A DNA stretch of 64,000 nucleotides from a bacterium (lineage in GTDB: Bacteria; UBA8248): positions 1,920,001 to 1,984,000 of the forward strand of contig OZ242260.1 of NCBI GenBank assembly GCA_965207065.1, in the 5' to 3' direction. Under the pieces are notes generated by a model, which made no database searches, was not told the origin of the DNA, and worked only from the letters and a program-made list of their open reading frames with translations. Of the stretch, positions 10,800 through 19,946 are shown one piece after another. Position numbers and translations under genes: made by a program. The number at the start of each line of letters is the position of its first letter. Position 1 is the first letter of the stretch.

Positions 10800-11133
10800 C
10801 GTAATTTCCCTTTCCCGGTAAACGCAAACGAATCGGCGAAATCCAGAGTTGATGATCCTCGATGTTATCCGCATTCTGCGCTTTGTCGCAACGGCCCGGT
10901 AAGTTCACGGGAACGCATCCGCACCATCAGGAACGTGCGATGCCGCAAATCTTGACTCCTGCGGCTGACAGAGCTACTGATTCCACTCAGTTTCGCATTG
11001 GTTCCAGCTTATTGATTCATACTCTTGATTTCTGATCTTTCTGGCATTAAGACTCCAGGGCGGGCGCACGGGTCGTTTCGCTCTCAGGGCCCGCGTTCAA
11101 ACTCTTCCCGGGTCTCCCGCCCACCCCGGGGAG

Positions 11134-11268
11134 ACCTGGGTGACCCCCGGCAGGAAGCCGGGGACGCGCTTAAGGAACGTCGACGGGGCCTGACGTCTCA
11201 TAAGGGAGCGCGCGGGCATTAAGGGCGTGCGGATCCATGATCTGCGCCACTCCCGGGCCTCGCGGGCG
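11134..11268 (+). pseudogene. Integrase fragment related to integrase 2
   Basis: WVTPGRKPGTRLRNVDGA*RLIRERAGIKGVRIHDLRHSRASRA matches 7837-7968 and has an in-frame stop. Confidence 0.8.
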
Positions 11269-11338
11269 TACTGCAACGGATGAGAGGGGGCGAGGCGCCC
11301 CGACGCGGCTGCGCGTCCGGGCGAATTCCGGTCCGTGT

Positions 11339-11620
11339 CTATGCGCCGGTGAATTCCAGCTTGAACCGGACTTTTCCGGGAAGTCCCACGCGGCGGGGCC
11401 CGGCAGGCCGGATGACGCCGTAGTCGCCGGTCTCGAGGCGGCGACGCCGCTCGGGCGAATACGGAACGACATGGTCGAGGCAACCGTCAGGAACCACGAT
11501 TCCGCCCCGGATGCCGGGCTTCGCATCGTGCAGGGTCCCGGGTTTTCGGGGAACCGTCTTCCCGGTGAATACTTTGCTTCCGTAGAATCTGACGAGTCCC
11601 GCCGGCACATTCTCAATCAT
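11339..11620 (-). CDS. DUF1971/YeaR-like (TehB N-terminal cupin) protein, possibly degenerate
   Basis: VFTGKTVP...HDAKPGIRGGIVV...VRFKLEF pattern; ATGA overlap with the upstream Rrf2 gene. Confidence 0.65.
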   Translation of the reverse strand: MIENVPAGLVRFYGSKVFTGKTVPRKPGTLHDAKPGIRGGIVVPDGCLDHVVPYSPERRRRLETGDYGVIRPAGPRRVGLPGKVRFKLEFTGA

Positions 11621-11985
11621 GTGGAATCCTCCCATCCGGAACTGCGTGATGCGCCAATGACGGCGGCACGCAACATCGGCGCGACCAGGCATCCCTTTCT
11701 GCCCCCGGGAAAGCATTCGACGAGCGCGCTGCCCTGTTCCATTCGTCTCGCCACGGCTCCCACAAGAATCGCCTTCGCCGGTTTCGAGAGCCGAAGGCCG
11801 CCGCCCCGGCCCCGGGTCGTTTCGACAAACCCTGCGCGCCTCAATGAATGCGCGACCTTCATCAGATGATTTTTCGATATCCCGTATCGCTCCGCGATCT
11901 CGTGGATCGTGACCAGAGCGCCGGAGTGGCAGGACAGGTGCATGAGCATCCTGAGAGCGTAGACTGTCTGAACCGTAAGCCTCAT
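11617..11985 (-). CDS. nsrR: Rrf2-family regulator, NsrR-like, with a short/degenerate C-terminus
   Basis: MRLTVQTVYALRMLM, EIAERYGISKNHLMKV, ETTRGRGGGLRL, LVECF; GGAGG RBS. Confidence 0.75.
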   Translation of the reverse strand: MRLTVQTVYALRMLMHLSCHSGALVTIHEIAERYGISKNHLMKVAHSLRRAGFVETTRGRGGGLRLSKPAKAILVGAVARRMEQGSALVECFPGGRKGCLVAPMLRAAVIGASRSSGWEDST

Positions 11986-12099
11986 CAGACACCCTCCAAA
12001 TACATATATAACATGCATCTTTAATAGTGGATGCGCAACTTCCGGGTCCGGGAATGACGGAAATTCATTTTCATCCCGGGACGGCCGCCGCTCCGCCTC

Positions 12100-12230
12100 G
12101 GCCGGAGTAGCGGCGAAGCCGCGTATCGAAGGGGCTGTCCCGAGCCCGTCGAACGGCGAAGTTCGCGCCCGCCGGGCAGATGTGCCCCCCATCCTTCGAA
12201 ACGGCGCATACGCGTCTACTCGGGATGAGG
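12100..12230. repeat. Degenerate REP-like palindromic repeat remnants
   Basis: GTCCCGAGCCCGTCGAACGG and CATCCTTCGAAACGG...CTCGGGATGAGG resemble common intergenic palindromic repeats. Confidence 0.4.
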
Positions 12231-12365
12231 ACGTCAGGGGTTCCGCGAAGACCGCTGCCGCGCCGGCGAGAGGCGGAGCCGGGCCGTCAGGGGGTGCGGG
12301 AGCCCGGCCGGAGAGGCCGGGCGGCGCCCGCATTCCCCTCACCCGCATCCCTGGAGGCGCGACCC

Positions 12366-12701
12366 ATGAGTGACCCGAATCCTTCCCCATACGCCCGGGC
12401 CCTCGTTCTGGCGGGACCCGCTCTCGCGCTCCTCGCCACGATCTTCTCTCTCGCGGCCGGGAGCGGACTCCGCCTCCTTTGGGACGTCTGGTTCTGTGCG
12501 GCTCTCTGGGCCTTCATCGCCGCCCTCCCGTGCGTCCTGTGGCGGGGGTTCCGCCACGGGGACTGGACGGCCTTCAAGCGCTACGAACTCCCCGACGATC
12601 ACGGCGAGCGCTTCGACTGGGTGTCGAGGACAGGGCGCTATGCCTGGCGCCGGGAGCTCGAGGAGCAGGAACTTCACGGCCACGACCCGGACTTCCCGTA
12701 A
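12366..12701 (+). CDS. Small membrane protein, hypothetical
   Basis: GGAGG RBS; two hydrophobic segments. Confidence 0.55.
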   Translation: MSDPNPSPYARALVLAGPALALLATIFSLAAGSGLRLLWDVWFCAALWAFIAALPCVLWRGFRHGDWTAFKRYELPDDHGERFDWVSRTGRYAWRRELEEQELHGHDPDFP

Positions 12702-13146
12702 AAGGCCCCCGGCGCGCTCAGCACCCCGAAGAGGCCGAGCCGGGCCGGGAGGGGGGCGTCGGCGGGGCGTCCGGGAGAGGACGTTCTACGCCGCCATCAT
12801 CCATCCATTCCAAGGAGGCGCGCGATGCGGAAACCAAGACGAGAAGCGAACACCTTCCTCACCCATCTCTCAGGCCTTGGCCTGGCGGACGAGCGTTACG
12901 AGATAAGGCGCTACAAATCCTCGGGCGGGGGTGAACTCAGACCCCTGCCCGCAGGGGAGAGCGCGGGGCGCAGAAGAAAACGCGTGACGGCCTCGCGGCG
13001 TGTTGTCAGGGAGATGCGTCCCGCCCGGGACGAGCTCATCATTTGTACGGGGATCAAAATCCCCGGCAGCGGCCTGCAGCTGTGGGGCGAGCACCTCGTC
13101 TGGGGACGGATGATGAGCCGGGGATGAGCCCGCAAGACGTCTGGCC

Positions 13147-14516
13147 GTATGTGGACGACCCCGTAAATGCAAGCATGTCAGTTGAACGATTCGGGGTCCG
13201 TGGTCAGGCGCAGTCGTATGTCCGACCTCTTGGTGCGGCATATAACTTGCCGCGGGTCTGTATGGAGATGCGCGGATCGGGTCCTAATCGGCCCATCGAG
13301 CTCAAGAGCTCTCGGCCAGACCCTGGTTTTCCCGATCCTGTCTCATTGACCATTTTCCCTTACCCGTCCTCCGACCTGCTCACATTCCCGGATAATCCAA
13401 TTGTCCGCCGCTCAGGCGACCGGCGCCGGTTCCTGGTAGACTTCTTTCTTCGTCATCAGCGCCCAGGCGATGCGCGCCATTCGATTCGCCAGCGCCACCG
13501 CGACCAGCATCCGTGGCTTGCGCGCCAGCATCCGGGCCAGCCATGAACCCGCCGGCGCACCGCGCCGGACCGCGCTGCGCACCACCGCCATGGCCCCTAT
13601 GATCAACAGCCGTCTGATGTCGCGCTGTCCCATCTTCGACACTTTGCCCAGTCGGGACTTGCCTCCGCTCGAGTGCTGTCTGGGCACGAGGCCGAGCCAG
13701 GCGGAGAAGTCCCGTCCGCGCTTGAAGCTTTCCAAAGGCGGCGCGAAGGCCAGTATCGCCGACGCGGTGATCGGGCCGATTCCCGGGATGCTCATCAGAC
13801 GCCTCGCCTCCGCATCCGCGTAAGCGCCCGCGTGGAGTTGCCTCTCCAACTCCCTGATCTTCTCGTTGAGTTCGGCAATTTGATCGAGCAGAACCCCGCC
13901 CAACTCGCGGACCACCGCCGGCAACTCCGTAACCGGGTCTCCAAGAGCCGCCGCCAGGCGAGAGATATTCACCAGTCCCTGCGGAGCGATGACCCCGAAC
14001 TCCGCGAAGTGACCGCGCAACGCATTGGCAGTCTGCGTGCGCTGGCGAACCAGGAGATCGCGCGTGCGGAACATCATCCCCTGGGCCTGCTGCGCTTCGC
14101 TCTTCACCGCCACGAAGCGCATGGTCGGGCGCGAGGCGGCCTCGCAGATCGCCTCCGCGTCCGCCGCGTCGTTCTTCTGACGCTTGAGGTAAGGCTTCAC
14201 GTAGACCGGTGGCATGAGCTTCACCTCGTGGCCGATCTTGCCGATCTCGCGGCCCCAGTAGTGCGCGCTCGCGCACGCCTCCATCGCAATCAGGCAACGC
14301 GGCTGCGAAGACAGAAAACCCGGTACTTTCCCCCGGCTCAGTTTCTTGCGAAACGCGACCGAACCGTCCGGACGCGCGCCATGGAGCTGAAAACCATGTT
14401 TCGCCAGGTCGATGCCGATGATGTGAACCTGTTCCATGGGATACTCCTTCCAGGCGATTTAGAGACGCTACCTCGCCACAGTGTGATACCTGCCAGGAGG
14501 GGTCGTCCACCCCATC
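13147..14516 (-). mobile_element. IS110-family element, IS1111 subgroup
   Basis: Perfect 12-bp subterminal inverted repeats GTGGACGACCCC (13151-13162) and GGGGTCGTCCAC (14499-14510); ~260-nt non-coding region downstream of the transposase. Confidence 0.88.
13412..14437 (-). CDS. IS110-family transposase (DEDD)
   Basis: IGIDLAK, MEAC, KNDAADAEAI, SIPGIG, WLGLVPRQHSSGGK. Confidence 0.95.
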   Translation of the reverse strand: MEQVHIIGIDLAKHGFQLHGARPDGSVAFRKKLSRGKVPGFLSSQPRCLIAMEACASAHYWGREIGKIGHEVKLMPPVYVKPYLKRQKNDAADAEAICEAASRPTMRFVAVKSEAQQAQGMMFRTRDLLVRQRTQTANALRGHFAEFGVIAPQGLVNISRLAAALGDPVTELPAVVRELGGVLLDQIAELNEKIRELERQLHAGAYADAEARRLMSIPGIGPITASAILAFAPPLESFKRGRDFSAWLGLVPRQHSSGGKSRLGKVSKMGQRDIRRLLIIGAMAVVRSAVRRGAPAGSWLARMLARKPRMLVAVALANRMARIAWALMTKKEVYQEPAPVA

Positions 14517-14563
14517 GGCCCACTGCCGGCCGTACGACTTCACCGACACATGAGGAAAATCCC

Positions 14564-15379
14564 ATGCCTCACAAGGATCCGGAAACCAGGCGCGCCTATG
14601 AGCGCGAACGCCACAGGAGAAGCGCGGCCGAGCGCCGCGCGCGGGGCATGTGCCCCAGGTGCGGCAAACATCCTCCCGTGCCCGAGCGAAGCCTCTGCGC
14701 GAACTGCCTCGAGAGAGGACGCAAGTCCGAACAAGCCCGATACGCCAGAGCCAAATCAGAGGGTACTCGATATGGCGGGCGGGATCCCGAGAGCCGCCGG
14801 CGCATGGCGCGGGAGAGGAACAGGAGGCGAAGACGCGAACGACGCGAGGCGGGCCTCTGTGCGATGTGCGGACGGCAGGCGCCCGTTGTAGGAAGCGCGG
14901 TCTGCACGCCCTGCCGCGAAGAACGCCGGGCGGCCGAGAGGAAGCTCTACGCCGAAAGGCGCGCCGGGGGGCGATGCGGACGGTGCGGGGCGGAAGTAAT
15001 CGACAACGCTTCTACTTGCGCTTCGTGCACCGCAAGGGATTCGAAGCGCCGTCCGCGCAAGAACGCCGCGAGCCGGGCACGCTATCATGCAAGGCGCGCT
15101 CGCGTGGCATTTGTTGACTGCTCATCGCCGACTGATGGAGCTGCCAGGTGCGCCCGTTGCGCTTCGCGCTCCTGGCACTCCTCGGGCGTGCACAGGGGGA
15201 TGCCCGTCCATCCACCACGCTACACAGTTGTGGAGCTCGCCACGGGTATCGAGCACGGACCGTTGGACTCCTGGGAGGAGGTGGCGATGTGCCTCGCCTT
15301 CGCGAAACTCTCCCGGGAGGAGGTCGAGGTGGTTGAGGATATCTCCGTGATGGCGAAACTCACCGCGGCTCCCTGGTGA
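14564..15379 (+). CDS. Arg-rich protein with repeated CxxC zinc-knuckle motifs
   Basis: GAGG RBS; CPRC, CANC, CAMC, CTPC, CGRC, CASC, CARC and a degenerate FVDC. Confidence 0.7.
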   Translation: MPHKDPETRRAYERERHRRSAAERRARGMCPRCGKHPPVPERSLCANCLERGRKSEQARYARAKSEGTRYGGRDPESRRRMARERNRRRRRERREAGLCAMCGRQAPVVGSAVCTPCREERRAAERKLYAERRAGGRCGRCGAEVIDNASTCASCTARDSKRRPRKNAASRARYHARRARVAFVDCSSPTDGAARCARCASRSWHSSGVHRGMPVHPPRYTVVELATGIEHGPLDSWEEVAMCLAFAKLSREEVEVVEDISVMAKLTAAPW

Positions 15380-15522
15380 GCGCGCCTGCACATGCAGCCG
15401 TCCGCCCGACGGCGGGGGCCGGAACCGAGCGGGGAGGGAGGGTACGGCGTCGCCCTGCTGCGCAGCCGGCCGGCCGCCGACGGAGGGTCAGACCCGGCCG
15501 GGGAGGGAGGGTTTGACGACCG

Positions 15523-15939
15523 TCACCGGAACGGACCGCGAAACCTCCGGCTCTCCGGTCGTCGTGACGAGGGGGCGAATCCCGGGCCGCGGGGCCGCGG
15601 CGTGAGCCGCCACGCCGCCAGCCAGACCGGAAGAGAGACCAGGATCACCTGAACGCCGACGGGCAGCGCACCGGGGAGGTCCGCCACAGCGGCGGCTCCT
15701 AGCGCCAACCACGCCACCAGGGCGGGACCCGGATAGCCCGAGCGGGCCAGCCTCCGGCAGGCGAGCGCCAGCGGCAGGCCGAACGGAGCAACCGCCGGCA
15801 ACTCCATGAGCGAGGAGGGTGTCATCACCTGCTCCGCTGAGCCCGTGCGCAGAACCTCGCCCGCAATCATCCCCGCCGGCAGCCACAGGAGCGCCGGTAA
15901 CCAGAACCTGAATCTTCCCGTGCGCCTTCGTCCGTCCAT
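15523..15939 (-). CDS. Hypothetical membrane protein
   Basis: Four hydrophobic segments; GAGG RBS. Confidence 0.55.
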   Translation of the reverse strand: MDGRRRTGRFRFWLPALLWLPAGMIAGEVLRTGSAEQVMTPSSLMELPAVAPFGLPLALACRRLARSGYPGPALVAWLALGAAAVADLPGALPVGVQVILVSLPVWLAAWRLTPRPRGPGFAPSSRRPESRRFRGPFR

Positions 15940-16123
15940 GCCTCATCCGACAATAATTCAGGGCCCGATGCAAGGGCAGGCGCGTTCCGTGAGCGCTCCC
16001 CGCCGGATGAAGACCTCCCCTCGAGAGTGAGAGTGAAGCGGAGAGCCGGGCAAATGCCCGGTAGGGAGAGGGAGACGGTCTCCAGTTCCCGCCGCCGGCG
16101 ACAACGCGAGAGGAGGCCTGGCC

Positions 16124-16258
16124 ATGTACGAGAACGACTACGACGTCGACATTCCCACCGCAGATGAGTTGCTCGCAGAACTCGGACTCGACGCGTACAC
16201 GATCCGCAAGCTGCGCGACGAGGCGCAAGGCGAGACGGAGGAGTTCTGTAGCGTTTAG
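16124..16258 (+). CDS. 44-aa acidic small protein (not in the ORF track)
   Basis: GAGGAGG RBS; MYENDYDVDIPTADELLAELGLDAYTIRKLRDEAQGETEEFCSV; directly upstream of ssb. Confidence 0.6.
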   Translation: MYENDYDVDIPTADELLAELGLDAYTIRKLRDEAQGETEEFCSV

Positions 16259-16336
16259 GGCGAACCGGGGGGCGGAGAGAAAGGATTTCCGGCTCCTCGA
16301 CTTTATCATCCACACTACACTTCAAGGAGAATCAAA

Positions 16337-16777
16337 ATGGCATTCGGACTCAACAGAGCGGAACTGATCGGGCGTCTCGGCGCCGACGTCACCATCAACC
16401 ATCTCGCGAGCGGCGGACGCGTCGCCAACCTCTCGATCGCCACCGACGAGGGCTACGTCGACAAGCAGAGCGGCGACCGGGTGGACAAGACCGAGTGGCA
16501 CCGGGTCGTGACCTTCCAGCCCGGGCTGGTCGACATGTTCGAGAAGCACGCGAAGAAGGGACGCCTGGTCTACGTCGCGGGCAAGCTCCAGACCAGGCGC
16601 TGGAAGAAGGACGAGGAAGACTCCGATCGCTTCTCCACCGAGATCCTCGTAGCACCTGGCGGGCGGGTGCAGTTCCTGGAGAAGATGAACGGGAATGGAA
16701 ATGGCAACGGCGCGCACCCCGAGACGGCTGACGTGACGGCCACCGCGGGCGTAGTGGGCGAAGACATTCCATTCTGA
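16337..16777 (+). CDS. ssb: Single-stranded DNA-binding protein (mobile-element type)
   Basis: LNRAELIGRLGAD, TEWHRVV, GKLQTRRW, EDIPF tail. Confidence 0.95.
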   Translation: MAFGLNRAELIGRLGADVTINHLASGGRVANLSIATDEGYVDKQSGDRVDKTEWHRVVTFQPGLVDMFEKHAKKGRLVYVAGKLQTRRWKKDEEDSDRFSTEILVAPGGRVQFLEKMNGNGNGNGAHPETADVTATAGVVGEDIPF

Positions 16778-16784
16778 ACACGAC

Positions 16785-16819
16785 AAGGGCCGGCGCTACG
16801 GCGTCGGCCCTTTCATTTT
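16785..16819 (+). terminator. Intrinsic terminator after ssb
   Basis: AAGGGCCGGCGC...GCGTCGGCCCTT hairpin followed by a T-rich tract. Confidence 0.7.
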
Positions 16820-17172
16820 GCTGTCGACCCGGAGTAAGCCTCCCCTGGCCCGAGAAGAAGGATGAACACCCGGCCATGGACGAGACCCTCGCCTTTCCCG
16901 CCCTGCAGCCCCCCTCATCTACCGGGAACACCCGGAAAATCTCCGGTTCCGTGAACGGCAAACCATGTTCACGGAAGATCGGCAGGAACGCTGCAATCAT
17001 TCCATATTCAGGGCAGTGGCTCGGTCCACCCCCCGCTGCGGGAATTTCGGGCCGAATAACGGCCCGAAATGACCCTCTCCGCAGCATGAGAGATTGTTTC
17101 CCGATGAGCTTCGCCTTCATCGTGAAACACCCAAAAACTCTTGTGTCCCGGTGGCGGTACTAGTGTCTCTCT

Positions 17173-17371
17173 CTTAGCGTCCTCATTTTAGCACGAACGC
17201 CGGGCGAATAAAGGGTGGCCGCAGGCGGCCATCATTTGCCGGTGCCCCCCAAAAAACGATGAGGCGTGTTTTTCGGGAACCCCCCGGAAAATGACGAGCC
17301 CTTGATTCGCCCGCCTACGGGCATCGGCAACACCGCCCGATGCCCTTACGTGCTGAAAATGAGGCGCTAAG
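17173..17371. promoter_or_regulatory. Large multi-branch hairpin, candidate ssDNA promoter (Frpo/ssi-like) or structured RNA
   Basis: Outer arms CTTAGCGTCCTCATTTTAGCACG and CGTGCTGAAAATGAGGCGCTAAG enclose several nested stems. Confidence 0.55.
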
Positions 17372-17407
17372 AAGCATATCCGTTAACTCTCTGGAAAGGA
17401 GAAAGGC

Positions 17408-17779
17408 ATGGAAACCACCGTGGTGAACCTGAACACATATGTCGATGAACCCGGCAGCGGCCTGCTGGTGAGGATCGACCGCATGACGAAGTGGGGAAAT
17501 CCCTTCCGGGTCGGTACCGACGGCGACAGAGAAGCCGTCATCGAGAAATACCGGCGTTGGCTGTGGGAAAAAATTCAGCGCGAGGAGCTGGACCTCCACG
17601 AACTCGCCGACCTCCAGGGCTGCGAGCTCGGCTGCCACTGCCGGCCCCTCCCGTGCCACGGCGACGTCCTCGCGCGCGCCGCCGAGTGGGCAGCCGGGTA
17701 TCTCGACGAGATGCCCAAAGACGTGGGGCGCAACGAGCGTGGCTACGCTCTTCCCGAATTCAACCATCCCCTCGCTTGA
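17408..17779 (+). CDS. DUF4326 domain protein
   Basis: IDRMTKWGNPF, LGCHCRPLPCHGDVL. Confidence 0.88.
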   Translation: METTVVNLNTYVDEPGSGLLVRIDRMTKWGNPFRVGTDGDREAVIEKYRRWLWEKIQREELDLHELADLQGCELGCHCRPLPCHGDVLARAAEWAAGYLDEMPKDVGRNERGYALPEFNHPLA

Positions 17780-17800
17780 GGACTACCAAAGGAGTGAACG

Positions 17801-18754
17801 ATGACCGCTACACACGACCACAAGGAGAGCACCATGTTCGAGAACGATCACAACGATGCCCAGCATGAATCCTTCACCGCCATGGTCTGCGAGCAGGCCG
17901 CCCTGTTCGGCGCGACTCCCGGGCCGGATGAGTTCGACAACCGCCCCGTGTGGGACGAAGCAGAGGCGACCGCCGCCGTCATCAGGGCCTTCGGCGCACT
18001 CGCGGAAGCCGCACCCGACGGAACGCAACTCGCGGATGAGCGAAGAAACCTTCTCTGGGGCTTCGTCAACACCCTGAACGCCCAGGTACAGCGCCTCGAC
18101 CGCGCCGCCGACAAGCTCATCCCCGGGGTCCGTGAACTGCAGCGCGAGCAGGACGGCTCCGAGATCCGCTCCCGCGAACTCGAACTCATGACCGACCGCG
18201 CACAGAACCTGAATGACCGGCGCGATGCGTTCGAGGGGCTGCGCGACACGGCCGCAGAGGCCTACCGCATCGAGACCGGCGAGGTATGGCGGCCGAGGCG
18301 AGGATCACACGTCAGCCAGACCGGCAAGCTCACATCGGCGGTGATCGAGGCGCGCGACTTCCAGCGAGCCAGAAAAGACCGCGCGAGCACGGCCCATCTT
18401 CCCCAGGGAACGCTCGTCGCCGTCGCGGGTGGCAAGGAGGCGAACGATGCGGGCAAAATCATCGCACATCTCGACCGCCTCAAGGCCAAGTACGCCGACG
18501 TCGTCCTCGTCCACGGCGGCGGCCCGGGCGCCGAGAAAATCGCGGCGGGATGGGCCGAGCGCAACGGCGTCCACCAGGTCGTCTGCAAGCCCGACTGGGA
18601 CGCGCACGGTCGGGCCGCTCCCTTCAGGCGCAACGACGAGCTGTTAAACCTACTGCCCAAGGGCGTGATCGCGTTCCCGGGCAGCGGCATCACCGACAAC
18701 CTCGTCGACAAAGCTAAAACCCTCGGCATACCCGTGCAACGCGTGGCCGCTTGA
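17801..18754 (+). CDS. DUF2493 (SLOG/YspA-like) domain protein
   Basis: VAVAGG, VLVHGG, GRAAPFRRNDELL, AFPGSGIT. Confidence 0.85.
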   Translation: MTATHDHKESTMFENDHNDAQHESFTAMVCEQAALFGATPGPDEFDNRPVWDEAEATAAVIRAFGALAEAAPDGTQLADERRNLLWGFVNTLNAQVQRLDRAADKLIPGVRELQREQDGSEIRSRELELMTDRAQNLNDRRDAFEGLRDTAAEAYRIETGEVWRPRRGSHVSQTGKLTSAVIEARDFQRARKDRASTAHLPQGTLVAVAGGKEANDAGKIIAHLDRLKAKYADVVLVHGGGPGAEKIAAGWAERNGVHQVVCKPDWDAHGRAAPFRRNDELLNLLPKGVIAFPGSGITDNLVDKAKTLGIPVQRVAA

Positions 18755-19468
18755 TGCGAACACTCCTCGGGTCGCGTCGCCATCCCACCCGGCGGCGGCG
18801 CGGCCCGTTGCGACCCGTCGACCATCGCTCGCGCCACTTGCGCCGGCAACGATGAAGACTCCACCGGTCTTGCCGCAGGAACATCTCCCCGCATTGCTCC
18901 TCGCGCTCAATCGCCGCGGCGGCTCCCGCTCGCCATTCTCACCGGCATGATTCCCCTCGACTCGCGTTCCCAAGAATCCCTGCGCTAGCCGCCCTTCGGC
19001 GTTTCTTTCAGTACACCGGACGCAGCGGGCTGCAGTGTTCCGGCATACGACGACCTGGCTGCGATTCCGTCTCCTGTGGACGACACGGGGCGCCGGGCGC
19101 ATGGCGGATCGAATGTATGCTCATAGCATACACGCCCTTTCTTATCCCCGAGGGCGCATGGCTGCGCATGTCGCGCACGGATACCGGATCCGTCGCAATC
19201 GGTGGCGTTTCGTAACACGATGTATTACGGTCCGTATTACGTTTGTATGCTCCCTATTCCGGCCTTTTTGCGGCACGACGGGGCCGCCACCTGTGCGGAG
19301 CGCTCTCTCGCAGATGGCCGCAAGACCCTGAATACGGGACGTTGAATCAAGCGTAGACGGCCCCGGAAAAGCCCGGGTTTTCGCCCCGAACCAAGCCGTC
19401 GGAACCCGGAAACGGCGAGCGATGCGGTCCGTATCGCCACCCGATCTTGTCCTGAGTAAGCGAAAAAG

Positions 19469-19855
19469 ATGACGCGAACCGACCCGAATCAGCCCGGAAA
19501 GGGCAAAAAGCAGGCGGAAAAACCGGGCGAACCGAGAGCGCCGCACTCGGTTCGCTTCACCGGTACGGAATGGAAATTGATTAAACGGGCCGCCGAGTTG
19601 CACGGCATCCCGGCCGGTGAACTCGTACGCAACGGCGCGATGGCCGCCGCCGAGGAGCTGCTCGGCGAACCTCCAAAGGCCACCCTGTCGCACGGACATG
19701 CCGCCTTCATCGAGACCGTCTACCGCATGGTCTACGTGATGGCGACCCTGGATCGGGGACGAATGATCGACGCCGGGCGCGGGAAAGAGCTCGATGACCT
19801 CATCGCCGCGGCCCGCAGGACGATGGACGAGACCATGGACGAAGGCACAGGGTGA
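19469..19855 (+). CDS. Putative ribbon-helix-helix/mobilisation accessory protein
   Basis: HSVRFTGTEWKLIKRAAE...GELVR pattern; next to the relaxase relic. Confidence 0.5.
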   Translation: MTRTDPNQPGKGKKQAEKPGEPRAPHSVRFTGTEWKLIKRAAELHGIPAGELVRNGAMAAAEELLGEPPKATLSHGHAAFIETVYRMVYVMATLDRGRMIDAGRGKELDDLIAAARRTMDETMDEGTG

Positions 19856-19946
19856 ATGCAGAGGGCGGCGCGATGCGTGCGTAAGCCGGTTTATCGGTTG
19901 CGAATTTGTTGCAAGAACCCGTGAATCAGGCCCGGTCGGACCGCGT

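Noticed and set aside
2015-10980. Diversity-generating retroelement (RT next to a near-identical repeat pair)
   Set aside because: The RT is a truncated group II intron type without YADD. The differences inspected between copies are mixed transitions, not adenine-specific, and the repeat covers a whole gene.
13673-14563. 568-aa ORF 13673-15379 as a single protein
   Set aside because: The 5' part is antisense to the IS110 transposase; the plausible start with an RBS is 14564.
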